From: Octopus sinensis
Taxonomy: Eukaryota
Reading direction: 5' to 3'
DNA: 37,473 nucleotides
Assembly: GCF_006345805.1 (NCBI RefSeq)
Contig: NW_021836812.1
Coordinates: 1 to 37,473 of the forward strand
Shown here piece by piece: positions 11,443 through 23,024 of the stretch. The notes beneath the pieces were generated by a model, which did no database searches, had not been told where the DNA came from, and was given only the letters and a program-made list of their open reading frames with translations. The position numbers were made by a program, and so were the translations under genes. How positions within the stretch are numbered: the stretch's first letter is position 1; each line of letters opens with the position of its first letter.

Positions 11443-11899
11443 TATGTGAAGTAAAAGTTCTATCGTGACTGGTTGAGCTATTCGACTTATGTCGACAGCA
11501 GACGAAAGCTGAAGATATCATCTATCCATTATACGGAGTTAGGTTAATGCATTCTTTGTAATACAAGGAAGTGATACCAACGATTAAGAACCTTGGCAAT
11601 ATTCCTCTTGAAATCATTTAAGAATATACCTGCAATCCCCTTAAATGGTGTATGACGGGTATTGAAAATGAAACCAAACTGTGACCAGCGCCATCTACCC
11701 CTACCATCTGCATTTTGGTTGAGAAATTTACGATGAGATGTTATCAACATAATTCTCTGCAGTGTTCTAACGGAATGGTAAAGTGTTCTAGCAAGTTCCT
11801 AAGAGGATCCGGGTATGGCTTAGACTTAAACTGCATGCCAGGTACCAGAGATATCTGAATAAAGGAAGCTCTTTTGCAGTATGTTGTAGAATGTACAGC

Positions 11900-12520
11900 C
11901 AACCAAGTTGCAATTTCCATTGTTTGATGCAGATGTAATGCTTGATTGGAGCATACTCAGATATTATGTAAGGGACTCCATACAAACTATGTCTGGTAAA
12001 ATAATCGAAGACTTAGGGTTCTAGTATTGTTTCTGATGCATTAAAGCAACAATGCAGTAGCACCAGTACAGTGAGAATGTGCACTGAGATTTTGTTCACC
12101 GGGGAGACGAGAAAGCAAAACGCAAGATTGTAAACAAAGGAAATTCGAAACCGAGGCGTGGAATTAAGTAAATGGTAGGAAGGCACAAAAAGACTGCTGC
12201 TCATGTCTTTAATTTATATTACAAAATGAAGCAATGCCTTGACGTTCTGGCAGGGTCTAAAACGTTTTCATTATTAGGTTTATGATGCCTTCGAATGGAT
12301 TAGATTCATGAAAGAAATGGACTTCAATTTGAAGAACTCACGGAATGTTATAAAATATAAGGGCCGTCTACAACGCTTCTTGTAGAGATGGAATGTCGTG
12401 GATTTGTAAGTAGATTCACTATGTCCAACGTTGCAAGCATTGGAGCTGGAAAGAATAGCAGAGAAGTGATTCTGGAAGTGAAAAGGAAAACGGAAAATAT
12501 ATGAGTTTGGTAAAATGGCA
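11900..12520 (+). pseudogene. Highly decayed RLE non-LTR retrotransposon C-terminus (HERO-like)
   Basis: Hand translation across stops and frameshifts: LEHTQILCKGLHTNYVW*NNRRLRVL (knuckle/RHD-like region), FVHRGDEK, and LLVEMECRGFVSRFT...EVKRKTENI (compare the HERO VEVGCRGF motif). Confidence 0.5.
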
Positions 12521-13525
12521 GCGCAGAACAATGCTGAGAGTAAAGAACAAATCCATAGAGGTTAATAATTAGTTTTACAAAATAGTTGTTCATTGCCTGG
12601 GCTGGCCACACCTGAGCCAGATTTCCAGGTGTAGCTATATAGATAATGGAGTGGAGAAAAGTGTCACAGTATGGGCCAAAAGAAACTGGTTATTTCTCGA
12701 CAGCATCGAAACTATTCGGCACGACTGGAAGTGGCGAAACTTTCAGAAGTTACTGAGAGCTTTATGATCCTCAATCGACGGCTAATGAACTCAGTGTCTC
12801 ACAGTGCAGACTCTATGGGAAATAATGCGATACACACACATATATATATTTGATACTTTCGTACATTCGTGTGTGTGTGTGTGTGCGCGTGTGACGTGAT
12901 AGACCCAAGACTAAACCCTAAGGAAATAAGAGACGGTGTGGTCAACGATTGATCACCTATGATCAAAGTTCTACTTTACCAGGCCTGATCTGAAAACACA
13001 CAAGTCACGATCTCTTTTAAAATCTATCTACCAATTCAACTTCGTAGAATTTTGTTCTTAAGATGTTCAATATCCATCTAAACACTCCTCATTGAAATCG
13101 AACCTAAACACTTAAGAACACGACCAGACAATAACCTCCACCACTACTAATGTCTCTTTCCGTCTATTCCGAATAATCTAGAAGCCACTATACACACTCT
13201 CTTCATTCAATTACTACAACTTGTTACTTTTTCTCACTCTACGATTGAGTTACCTTAGAACTATTTATTTATTATATCATTAGCTTTCCCTCCATATTGT
13301 TGTTATCATAATGCGTGTCGTAATGTCTTTCCTTGCCATACCCTATCGACATTTTCGATCGCACGCTGCAGAGTTAAAACCAACCTCGAGTACTTAGTAT
13401 TTTGTCACATATTTCGTTATTGAGGCATGACAAGTTCATCATTTATTTAGCCTCCTATCTTTTTAGTTAGCTGTTAATTTACTAACTTATTTATTTAGTC
13501 ATTTACATATGTGAGTGTGTGTGTA

Positions 13526-13712
13526 TTCCTTTATTTGTTTCAGTCATTTGACTGCGGCCAGACTGGAGCCCCGCCTTTAGTCGAACAAATTGACCCCAGA
13601 ACTTATTTTTTGTAAGCCTAGTACTTATTCTATCGAACTCATGAACACACCAGCATCGGTTGTCAAGTGATGTTGGGGCGACAAACACAGACACACAAAC
13701 ATACACACGTAC

Positions 13713-13785
<73 letters not shown>

Positions 13786-13866
13786 GGGCTTCTTTCAGTT
13801 TCCGTCTACCAAATCCACTCACAAGGTTTTGGTCGGCCTGAGACTATAGTAGGTCACTCCTTTGCC
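13526..13866 (-). mobile_element. SINE family A, 5'-truncated, with internal (TA)n
   Basis: Bridges the 6301 (5' half) and 10017 (3' half) copies. Confidence 0.88.
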
Positions 13867-13881
13867 TTTGTATACATTTAT

Positions 13882-14021
<140 letters not shown>

Positions 14022-14511
14022 TTTATATTCATCTATTTATTTATGTCAGCCATTTTCTTTCAGCTATTTTCTTTTTGTTTGATACAACCAAGCAAGCAGT
14101 TTGAAGCTAATTGTTAGACTTTTGAAGGAAGACTTTTATTTTTCTGCTTAGCATCTCCTAATACAATCCTAATATACAATAAAACATTTCTTACAGCTAA
14201 ACGGATATAAAAACACTCGATTCAACACTATCGTCTTACTTATGTCATAAGACAAGCTTGATCTGAGAACCGGTGCTGTGATTTTAGCGATTCTTTATTA
14301 GATCACACTGTAGGACACTGTCGTTTGAAGGTTGATCAGCTTTCTACTTTCATGATATAATCTTTGAGAAAAATGTATCTAATGACTAAAGAATGTTTAC
14401 TACAAAATATACAGACTCGACTCATAACTATGACATGCTGTGGCTGAGCTGACAAATTTAGTAAAGCTTCAAAGCATGATATTGTCGTTGATTTATATCA
14501 GACGTTCATCT

Positions 14512-14926
14512 GGCGGAGAGCTGGCAGAAACGTTAGCACGCCGGGCGAAATGCGTAGCCGTATTTCGTCTGCCGTTACGTTCTCGGTTCAAATTACACCG
14601 AGGTCGACTTTGCCTTTCATCCTTTCGGGGTCGATAAATTAAGTACCCGTTACGCACTGGGGTCGATGTAATCGACTTAATCCGTCTGTGTGTCCTTGTT
14701 TGTCTCTTCTGTGTTTAGCTCCTTGTGGGTAGTAAAGAAATAGGTATTTCGTCTGCCGTTACGTTCTGGGTTCAAATTCCGCCGAGGTCGACTTTGCCTT
14801 TCATCCTTTCGGGGTCGATAAATTAAGTACCAGTTACGCACTGGGGTCAATATAATCAACTTAATCCGTTTGTCTGTCCTTGTTTGTCCCCTCTGTGTTT
14901 AGCCTCTTGTGGGTAGTAAAGAAATA
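14512..14926 (+). mobile_element. tRNA-derived SINE family B with tandemly duplicated body and TSD
   Basis: Head ggcggagagctggcagaaacgttagc, B-box-like GGTTCAAATTCC. The unit gtatttcgtctgccgttacg...gggtagtaaagaaata occurs twice. TSD tatatcagacgttc(a/g)tct at 14494-14511 and 14927-14944. Confidence 0.9.
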
Positions 14927-15602
14927 TATATCAGACGTTCGTCTTAACCCAGTTGAATCTTTATCAAATTACCCTTTTATGAACTATTCTTCTCCAAGCT
15001 ACATCGACATGAAAACTTGAACTTAGAATCACAAGTTCACTTAATATTAAGCAATTTTACAGTGCTGCGCTCACAATGACGAGGGTTCTTTTTTTGTTTG
15101 TTTGTTTTTTCAATCTTATCATATCACTCAAATTATTCTACAGCAAGGTGGATTGCTTATGTGTTATGGACTTTAACCACTTACCCAACGTAATGTTAGT
15201 GACAAGATACAAAACACCGGTCTCTTGGCTACTTGTTTGATCATATATCGATTATATCCGCATGTTCCCGATATGCAGTTACAAGAAACTTTCAAGAGAA
15301 CCGAACAGCAGAAGAAACCCTCCTCAGGTAAGCGTTTCGGCCTTTAACTTCTTACACTTTAAAGGAGCCGGGCCGCGTTTAGGTCATGACTCCTGGGTGA
15401 CCATATACAGAGTATATGTATCCCTGCGTATCGATCTAATTGTCATCAATTGGAAAGCTACCGTTATTAGTAAAATATCCTGTTAACATGTCGTCGGGTC
15501 TCCATTGAAACTTTTCATTTCCGGTTTCAATTGGTTCCTTCATATAAATGCAGAATCTCATAATTATTTGACACAATATTAAACATGTTTCTTTTTTAAC
15601 AC

Positions 15603-15879
15603 AGTTCTATATTTAAGAAATGAGGAATTATGTACATTATTTACATTATTTACATTTGTCGGATATTTTTCCTCCTCTTGTTTGTTGTTAACACAACGTC
15701 TCGGCTGATATACCCTCCAGTCTTCATCAGGTGTCTTGGGGAAATTTCGAACCTTAGGAATCAGAACCTAGGTTCACAATTTCCCCAAGACACCTGACAA
15801 AGGCTGGAGGGTATATCAGCCGAAATGTTGTGTTGACAACAAACAAGATGAGAACAAATATCTGTCAAATGTAAATAAC
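15603..15879. mobile_element. Head-to-head palindromic insertion of a hammerhead-bearing non-autonomous element (PLE-tail/retrozyme-like)
   Basis: 15645-15752 is inverted relative to 15770-15878. Both arms match 18003-18172. Candidate TSD gtttctttttt at 15587-15597 and 15880-15890. Confidence 0.8.
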
Positions 15880-17122
15880 GTTTCTTTTTTGTTCCTGGAC
15901 AAAGTTGCACCGAATTTTGAGTTCGTGGTAAACTACATGAGACGCCACATTATTTCTGTCAAAGACCAATTGTCCTGCTGTCCATGCCTAGGACCTTCCT
16001 GATGAAGCAAGCCTATGATAGAAGACATTCTAGACATGATCATCTCATCTGTTATTCAGACGTACTGTTTCTGACATTGAATTATCCAACGTGATTCTGA
16101 TTTTAAAACAGACATGTGCGATATCAGGGAGATTTGGCAGTTATTTCTGTCAGGTCGAGTGTCCGCTCCCACGTTGGTTCGTCTTAAAGGCATTGTTGCG
16201 TGAAAGAGTTTAGTTGGCTGCAGCTAGGTTCCAAATCCACTTCTTCGAGGGTCAAACAACTTGGGCATTGCTTATTATTCTTCGGCCACGCCCAGCGCTA
16301 GCTTCGAGTGTAATAGCAGCATTGGCATTAAAAGAAATATTCTAAAATACAGCTTTAAATGCGTTGAATACGAAAGAAAAGAACATGTTTAGAAAGAATA
16401 AAACAGCTGAAAATGATAATTCTAATTGATAACCAGGTCTCCATGGTTACCGTTCATGGAAGAGAAAAACTTGAGGTAATATTACTGCATAGTGCAGTTC
16501 TGATGTGGCATGACTTTAATAATAATAGTTATAGTTTGTAACTATCAACATTTGAAACTACTAATTAAAACCCTGTACGCCATATTCTGTCAGTTTTGTG
16601 TCAACACTGTTAAAAAAAATTGCTGAAAAATGAGTAACTTTATAAATAATTTATAAAGTTGGATAAAATTATTTTTCATATTCATTGGACGAACGTGATA
16701 TCTAAAGTATCGTATTCGAAACTTGAGATTTGCATTTCAATGATATTTTAATAATCATTTTTATTTCAGCAATACTAGTTTGATATTTAAGCAACGAGAA
16801 TTTTTTTAATGAATGCCATATCTTCTTTCCTTTCTTTTTTCAATTTCTGTTTTTACTTTTTGTTTTACTTTTTTTAACAGCTGGCAGAAAATGAACGTAT
16901 TTTTCATCATTAAATGGCTAAAATAAACGAAAAAGCTACAAGAGCCTGGCATATTTTGCTTTACAGTAATATCACTCGTACATTATTTATATTATTTACA
17001 TTTGACGGATATTTGTCCTCATCTTGTTTGTTGTTGACACAACGTTGCGGCTGATATTACCCTCCAGCTTTCATCAGGTGTCTTGGGGAAATTTCGAACC
17101 TAATTCGTAAGGTATTTTTCGA

Positions 17123-17180
<58 letters not shown>

Positions 17181-17226
17181 GTTATTATTATTATTATTTA
17201 GGTCACTGCTTGGAATCGAACTCGGA

Positions 17227-17303
<77 letters not shown>

Positions 17304-17310
17304 TAATAAT

Positions 17311-17969
17311 AACAAAACATGACAGAGTCGGCCAGTATTTACATTGGACAATATGTCGGTATTATAAAATCAAAACCGCTGACAAATGGTATAAACACCA
17401 TCCTGAAGCTGTGACTGAGGGAGAAAATGTGTCGATTCTATGGGACTTCCCCATACAGACCGAGAAGACTATAAAAGCTAATAAACCGGATATTATTATA
17501 AAAGATCAGACAAAAAAGATGTGTTTATTAATTGATATGAGTATCCCTTGTGATCACAATATAGCGGCGAAAGAATTTGACAAGATTAGTAAATATAAAG
17601 ACCTGCTAATAGAAATTGAAAAAGTGTGGCATCTCAAGGCGACTATAGTACCAGTGATTGTAGGATCTCTAGGAATGATTAAAAAAAAGGTACTGAAACC
17701 TATTTGAAAATGATTCCAGGCTTACCATCCCCATAGGAAGTGCAAAAAATCGTATTAACTGAAACGGCTCATGTACTGAGAAGAGCATTATCGCTGTGAA
17801 AACAACCTCCATCCATGAATTTATTTATCTATTAATTTTTAAATACATATTTTATCTGTGAATTTGCGTGTGTAATCTGGGAATGCATACAATAAGCTTC
17901 TCTGCCCTAGGTGTATGGAAAACACTCGGCGAGAAACGGAAGAACATTTGAAGAAAGAAGGAAAAAACA
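17311..17969 (+). mobile_element. R4/Dong-like non-LTR retrotransposon 3' fragment (restriction-like endonuclease + 3' UTR) in (TAA)n
   Basis: KHDRVGQYLHWTIC...ILWDFPIQTEKTIKANKPDIII...LLIDMSIPCDHNIAAKEFDKISKYKDL...VPVIVGSLG, a PD-(D/E)xK-type RLE. It ends TAHVLRRALSL* at 17799 and has TAA repeats on both sides. Confidence 0.88.
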
Positions 17970-18039
17970 TAATAATATTAATAACAACAACATCGGAAAA
18001 TACCTTAGGAATGAGAACCTAGATTCGAAATTTCTCCAA

Positions 18040-18085
18040 GACACCTGATGAAGGCTGGAGGGTATATCAGCCGAAATGTTGTGTT
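18040..18085 (+). ncRNA. Minimal hammerhead ribozyme motif (best-preserved of four copies; others ~15690-15735(-), ~15790-15835(+), ~17036-17082(-))
   Basis: GACAC-CTGATGA-A-GGCTG-gagggtatat-CAGCC-GAAA-TG-TT-GTGTT. The two minus copies have CG in place of TG, which would give a palindromic AACGTT stem III. Confidence 0.72.
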
Positions 18086-18419
18086 AACAACAAACAAGAT
18101 GAGGACAAATATCTGTCAAAGGTAAATAATGTAAATAATGTACATAATTCCTCATCTCTTAAATATAGAACTCTAATATCATTCATGGTAAATGTCTCGT
18201 ATTTATTTCATATTTCCAATGAATATCGCATAGGAATACGAAATCTTCCAAATGGGTACAGAATTTGATAGATTTTTAGAATGCATTTCGAATGTTGAAT
18301 ATATGGACAGCCTGACGAGTACCAAATCTGAATACATGAGACTAAGTTAGAATAATGCAAAATTAAGCAAGGAATCCCAACGCTACTCTATTAGTGGGCA
18401 GTGGACGACAATCCTATTT

Positions 18420-18800
18420 TTTTTTTATCTTTTGCCTTTTACTGGTTTCAGCCAGAGGTTCAGGTCATGCTGGAGCACAGCCTTTCAGTGTGTTTGGATT
18501 TCTTTTGTGTACTGTTGCTGGTGAAGTAGCGAGTGGGATGGAGCTGCCCATGTTTGTGCCTCCTGCCGCGATGAGGGTTTATCTTGTATCTCAGATAAAA
18601 ATTTGCTCAGACGTTCTTTGAAGACTTCGACATCTACACCTCAAAAATTTTTTGACATGGTAACAGAATTGTCCAAGACAAAGAACCTTTTCAGTTCATT
18701 TCCGGAAGTTTTGATCAACCTCTTAATACAAAAGACACACAGAAATCAAAATGTTTGTAACATCTCTGTCAAATATGGTAGCTTAGGAAAATATAAATTT
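18420..18800 (-). mobile_element. Decayed LINE ORF2 3' end and tail (CR1/L2-group-like)
   Basis: Minus strand reads GVDVEVFKERLSKFLSEIQDKPSSRQEAQTWAAPSHSLLHQ, then the tail gtgctccagcatgacc...gaaaccagtaaaag shared with SINE family A. Confidence 0.55.
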
Positions 18801-18859
18801 ACATAATGGCTTTCTGGATTCTTTTTTATAGGAACAATAAACATGGTTAGTAGAAGAAT

Positions 18860-19162
18860 TACAATAACTGAGTGAAAATTCGTGACTTATTGCTCATTAA
18901 TTTATTCTAACTTAATACTAATTAAATTATCTTTCCTTATTACTTATCAACCCTTATAATATGTCACTAATTAGCTCTTATACTCATTACTTCTTAGTTC
19001 TTAGAGTTCGTTAGCAATTAGAACTTATGAATCATTAATAATTGTTTCATGTAACTTACTATTAATTAGCACTTATAATTTATTACTAATTTGTTTTTAT
19101 AATCATTATAGTTCATTATTAACTGGTTTTCATAACTTATTAATTACTAATTAGTTCTTATC
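18860..19162. repeat. Degenerate AT-rich minisatellite (~22-bp, ttattactaattagttcttataa-like), resuming at ~20085-20220
   Basis: Recurrent actaattag / cttataa motifs. Confidence 0.55.
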
Positions 19163-19199
19163 TAGAGGGGCATGTTCCAAACTTTGGCTTTAGCAAGAA

Positions 19200-19540
19200 T
19201 TTTAATGCACGAACTGGTAAATACTGTTGACTTCCAAATATACCAGCTTCGAAATCACGAGCAAAAACACTCTGTTTAACCAGTCTGAAGTTTAGAGGTC
19301 ATTACTTGTTTAAGTGCCAATCTAAAGAAACCAGAAATACAAAAGGAACCTCTACTGAAATATTAAAAATAAACATTGAATAAACAGCCAACCATTCAAG
19401 GAAACACTCAGGGAAGATCAGCTGCTACGAATTCAATCACAGACAACTTCCAGCCATAAAATGATGATAAAACTGATAGAAAATTAATTAAGGCAGTGCT
19501 CAAGCATAGCTGCAGTCCCACAATTGAAACCATCTACTAT
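19200..19540 (+). mobile_element. Decayed LINE 3' end, copy 1 of a local direct repeat
   Basis: 19232-19456 aligns with 19754-20000. Tail gcagtgctcaagcatagctgcagtc. Confidence 0.6.
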
Positions 19541-19739
19541 AATAATACTTTTGTGTCTTTCTCCATCACAACATATGAATGAGAAAGGAAGAGGTGATAG
19601 ATGAATAAAGAAGGAAGGGTGATAGATGAATAAGGAAGGAAGGGGTGATGGCAAACTTGGTAGTGGGATGATGGAAGTTGTGCGGTAAAAAAAAACAATC
19701 AAACTGGGAAAAAGTGATGAAGTGAGCATGCTTCACTAC

Positions 19740-20080
19740 ATCTATGCTGGCAAATTCCAAATATACCAGCTTCGAAATCCAGATCAAAAACACTCTGTTG
19801 TACCAATCTGATGTTTAGAGATCCTTACTTGTGTAAGTGCCAATCTAAAGAAATCAGAAATATAAAAGGAACCTCTACTGAAACATTAAAAAAAAACATT
19901 GGTAAAACCCCTAACGACGATATCGAACCAGCCAAGCATTCAAGGATGCACTCAGGGAAGACCGTCTGCTACGAATTCAATCATAGACCAACTTCCAGCC
20001 AGAAAGCTTCAACAAGAAAATAAAGGTGGTGCTGCAGCATGGTCGCAGTGCTACGAATGAGACCATTAAAAGAATAAAAG
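19740..20080 (+). mobile_element. Decayed LINE 3' end, copy 2
   Basis: LMFRDPYLCKCQSKEIRNIKGTSTETLKKNIGK resembles LINE ORF2 C-termini. Tail ggtggtgctgcagcatggtcgcagt...aaaagaataaaag. Confidence 0.6.
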
Positions 20081-20633
20081 GATGCTAATTAATTCTTAGG
20101 ACACATTAATAATTAGTTTTTACGACTTATTACATATAGATAAATACGTATTATTACTAAATTAGCTTTTATGAATCGTTTCTAATTAACCCTTATGACA
20201 TATGGCTAATTAGCTATTAGTCTTTGACAAACAAGTGACAATGGTAGAGATATGTTTATATTACAGCTGGTAAGTTTAAGTTGGTAAGTCTGCGGTACTG
20301 TTGAACGAAGACTTGGAATCCTGCAGTATCACGTATTTGGCAGCAGGGATAGCAGTTGAAGTGGGGGGGGGGGGTAAAATCGGTCGAAATAGGGACCCAG
20401 TCAAAGGAGTAGATGCACGAGATATCAGGAATGTCTTTGATCCCAGCAATAAAGCTTCACAAAATATCCGTCAACTCTAAAACGTTCGTTTTCATTGCAA
20501 CAGCGCGATGTACCACCTCATGGAGCCTATTTTCAGTTTTTAGGTTTAAATGTTTGATACAAAGCAGTAACACTGATAGAGTGCGAACCAGCAGCCCTTC
20601 GGTTTGTGACGTGTCACCTTTTCGGTTAAGACT

Positions 20634-20668
<35 letters not shown>

Positions 20669-20881
20669 AGGAAGGAAGGAAGGAAGGAAGGAAGGAAGGA
20701 AGGAAGGAAGGAAGGAAGGAAGGAAGGAAGGAAGGAAGGAAGGAAGGAAGAAAGAAGGAAAGAAGGAAAGAAAAAGGAAAGAAAGAAGGACAGAAAGAAG
20801 GAAGGAAAGAAAGGAGAAAGAAAGAAAGAAAGAAAGAAAGAAGGAAAGAAAGAAGGAAGGAAGGAAGGAAGGAATGAAGGA

Positions 20882-20953
<72 letters not shown>

Positions 20954-20976
20954 AAAAAGAAAGAAAAAAAGAGAAA
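20634..20976. repeat. (GAAA/GGAA)n polypurine microsatellite
   Basis: Direct reading. Confidence 0.97.
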
Positions 20977-21594
20977 GGATAACTGCCTAAACTAATTTGA
21001 AGCCAACGTATGACAGTTCGAAAAGGTGACCGTCTGCCACAATACTAATCCAGTGATTTTTACCATTCCACACCAATAAACGGCAAGTTAGGTAAGTCTT
21101 ATTCCGCCATTCTGTTCTATTTCCAGTTGTCGTTATGCTATATTCTACAATCGGTGCTGTAGTTATAACATATATTCGGTACTAGGGGTTTATATCACAT
21201 TCTATGATATCGTTGTGATTATGGCATATTAAATGATATCACTCTGATCAGGTCCTATTAAATATCCCTCTGGTTATCTCATATAACTTCATATCAGTGA
21301 GCATGTCTCATTTTATGTGCTGCAGCCAATGACAAAAGCACTCCACACTTATGAACAATAGCGCTCCAACTGTGACAAACCCATGCTATATTATTACAAT
21401 ACACTATATATCTTGGACTACAGTGTCAAATGTATCCTTGTCAAGTTAACATAAACATTTATTTATATGAAAGAAAATTGTCGGAGAACTTTCATCTAAT
21501 TCTTCCAAATTTTTCTGTTAAAACTGTATTGAAACCATTTGTGGGGAATTTTTTTTTCTTACAGCAACTGGTTGCACGCCTTAAGGTTTGACGG

Positions 21595-21945
21595 AACCTG
21601 CTGAGGGAAACCTCCACGCACGCAGCATTACCATGGCCGATGGCGATGATAAGTCAATTGGGAAAGCCAAGCGTCCTCACGGGCATCACTTGACACCTCT
21701 GTGAGGCCAGCTGCCAACGATGACAAGAACTTTGTGGTTAGTAACCCAGTCACCTCCGAATGTCTCAAACGCCACAGGTTGGAAGAGATAGTTCACTGTC
21801 AGATTCCGATACTTCAGTGTTTTTTTCCGTTCGGCCATGGAAGGAGGGAGTAAAGGAGTCGCAGACTGTGACACCCCAAATGAGGCACCTACCTCTAACC
21901 CAGGGACAAAGGGTAAGATCATCCGGTCTCTTTCCATCACTTTAA
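21595..21945 (-). pseudogene. CRE-like non-LTR retrotransposon RLE domain remnant
   Basis: Across frameshifts: DGKRPDDLTLCPWVRGRCLIWGVTVCDSFTPS, AERKKTLKYRNLTVNYLFQPVAFETFGG, IAIGHGNAACV. Confidence 0.75.
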
Positions 21946-22351
21946 ACATTTTCTTTGTTAAGATTAAGCCGTAAGGTGTAATTTGGAAGAAACGTAGCTA
22001 TTATTTCTAGCGAGTCGATTAACAATTAGAAGCCTTACGCAGTAAATATATGGAGGATTTATTCCAATAGTTTAACACTGTAAACAGTGGGAATACTGTA
22101 AAAATGATGAGTGTTCTGCGCGGTTGCGCTGCAGGGCGGAATCCAAGTGCATCCATAAATCCGTGAAAGGAAAAGGTGGGTGACACTGACTAAACTGATT
22201 TATATTGCCTGTAGACAAGTTACTTTACTCTACGCACCCATGAAAATGAAATGTGACTGAATAAAGAATTATTGAAGATCTACATTAGAACGATAACAAC
22301 AGCGCCACCTACAACCAAAGCAACAGCAACAACACCAGTAATTTAAATATA

Positions 22352-22582
22352 TATTTCTTTACTACCACAAGAGGCTAAACATAGAGGGGACAAACAAGGA
22401 CAGACAAAGGGAATAAGTCGATTACAGGGACCCCAGTGCGTAACTGGTACTTAATTTATCGACCCCGAAAGGATGAAAGGCAAAGTCGACCTCGGCGGAA
22501 TTTGAACTCAGAACGTAGCGGCAGACGAAATACGGCTACGCATTTCGCCCGGCCTGCTAACGTTTCTGCCAGGTCGCCGCCT
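22352..22582 (-). mobile_element. SINE family B, full-length monomer with TSD
   Basis: Reverse complement of 14512-14742. TSD aatttaaatata at 22340-22351 and 22587-22598. Confidence 0.92.
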
Positions 22583-22914
22583 TAGAAATTTAAATATAAG
22601 CAGCAACAATACCGAAGGGAAACTCGACAGCGGCAGCACAACCTCTATCAGCTGAGTTTTCACATTTTTAAGGATATCAGGTTTTTATATCAAAACTTAC
22701 TTTCAATGTCATGTTCCTGTTTAATTTAAATTGTCTACATTTTCAATTATATTTCTACATTCCTGAGTGGCGACAGTTTAGCAGTGACTGGGGTAAAAAT
22801 GAACTGTTCCGGACTGGAGTGAATTTATTAACAAATAGCTTTGTACAATAACATATCTAAACTTAATCATAGACCAGACAAGTTAATAAATAAATGTACA
22901 CACGCCACACACGA

Positions 22915-22946
<32 letters not shown>

Positions 22947-22974
22947 TACAAAGATATATATGTATATACGTGTG

Positions 22975-23024
<50 letters not shown>

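Larger units (their letters stand above)
16980..18172. mobile_element. Second head-to-head insertion of the same element (minus arm 16980-17226; plus arm 17225-18172, interrupted by an R4/Dong-like fragment)
   Basis: The minus arm reads tccGAGTTCGATTCCaagcagtgacct-(aat)n-atcgaaaaataccttacg...hammerhead. The plus arm reads gacctg-(aat)n-[insert]-atcggaaaataccttagg...hammerhead. Candidate TSD taatatca(c/t)tc(g/a)t at 16967-16979 and 18174-18186. Confidence 0.8.

Noticed and set aside
14560-14926. Direct repeats resembling a CRISPR array or LTR pair
   Set aside because: Tandem SINE bodies with no spacers, in a eukaryotic context.
15144-15327. In-frame TGA in an otherwise open frame (selenocysteine readthrough?)
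   Set aside because: No selenoprotein motif or SECIS identified; a single stop is expected by chance.
17210-17707. 165-aa ORF with poly-Asn N-terminus as a host gene
   Set aside because: Chance fusion of the (AAT)n tract to a retrotransposon endonuclease fragment; the true C-terminus is frameshifted.
20260-20275. ttacag-CTG-gtaagt as a 3-nt microexon
   Set aside because: No clear polypyrimidine tract and no host gene context.
20455-20631. Minus-strand 56-codon open frame after a (TTTC)n tract and AG
   Set aside because: The acceptor is supplied by a microsatellite, and there is no recognisable homology or clear donor.
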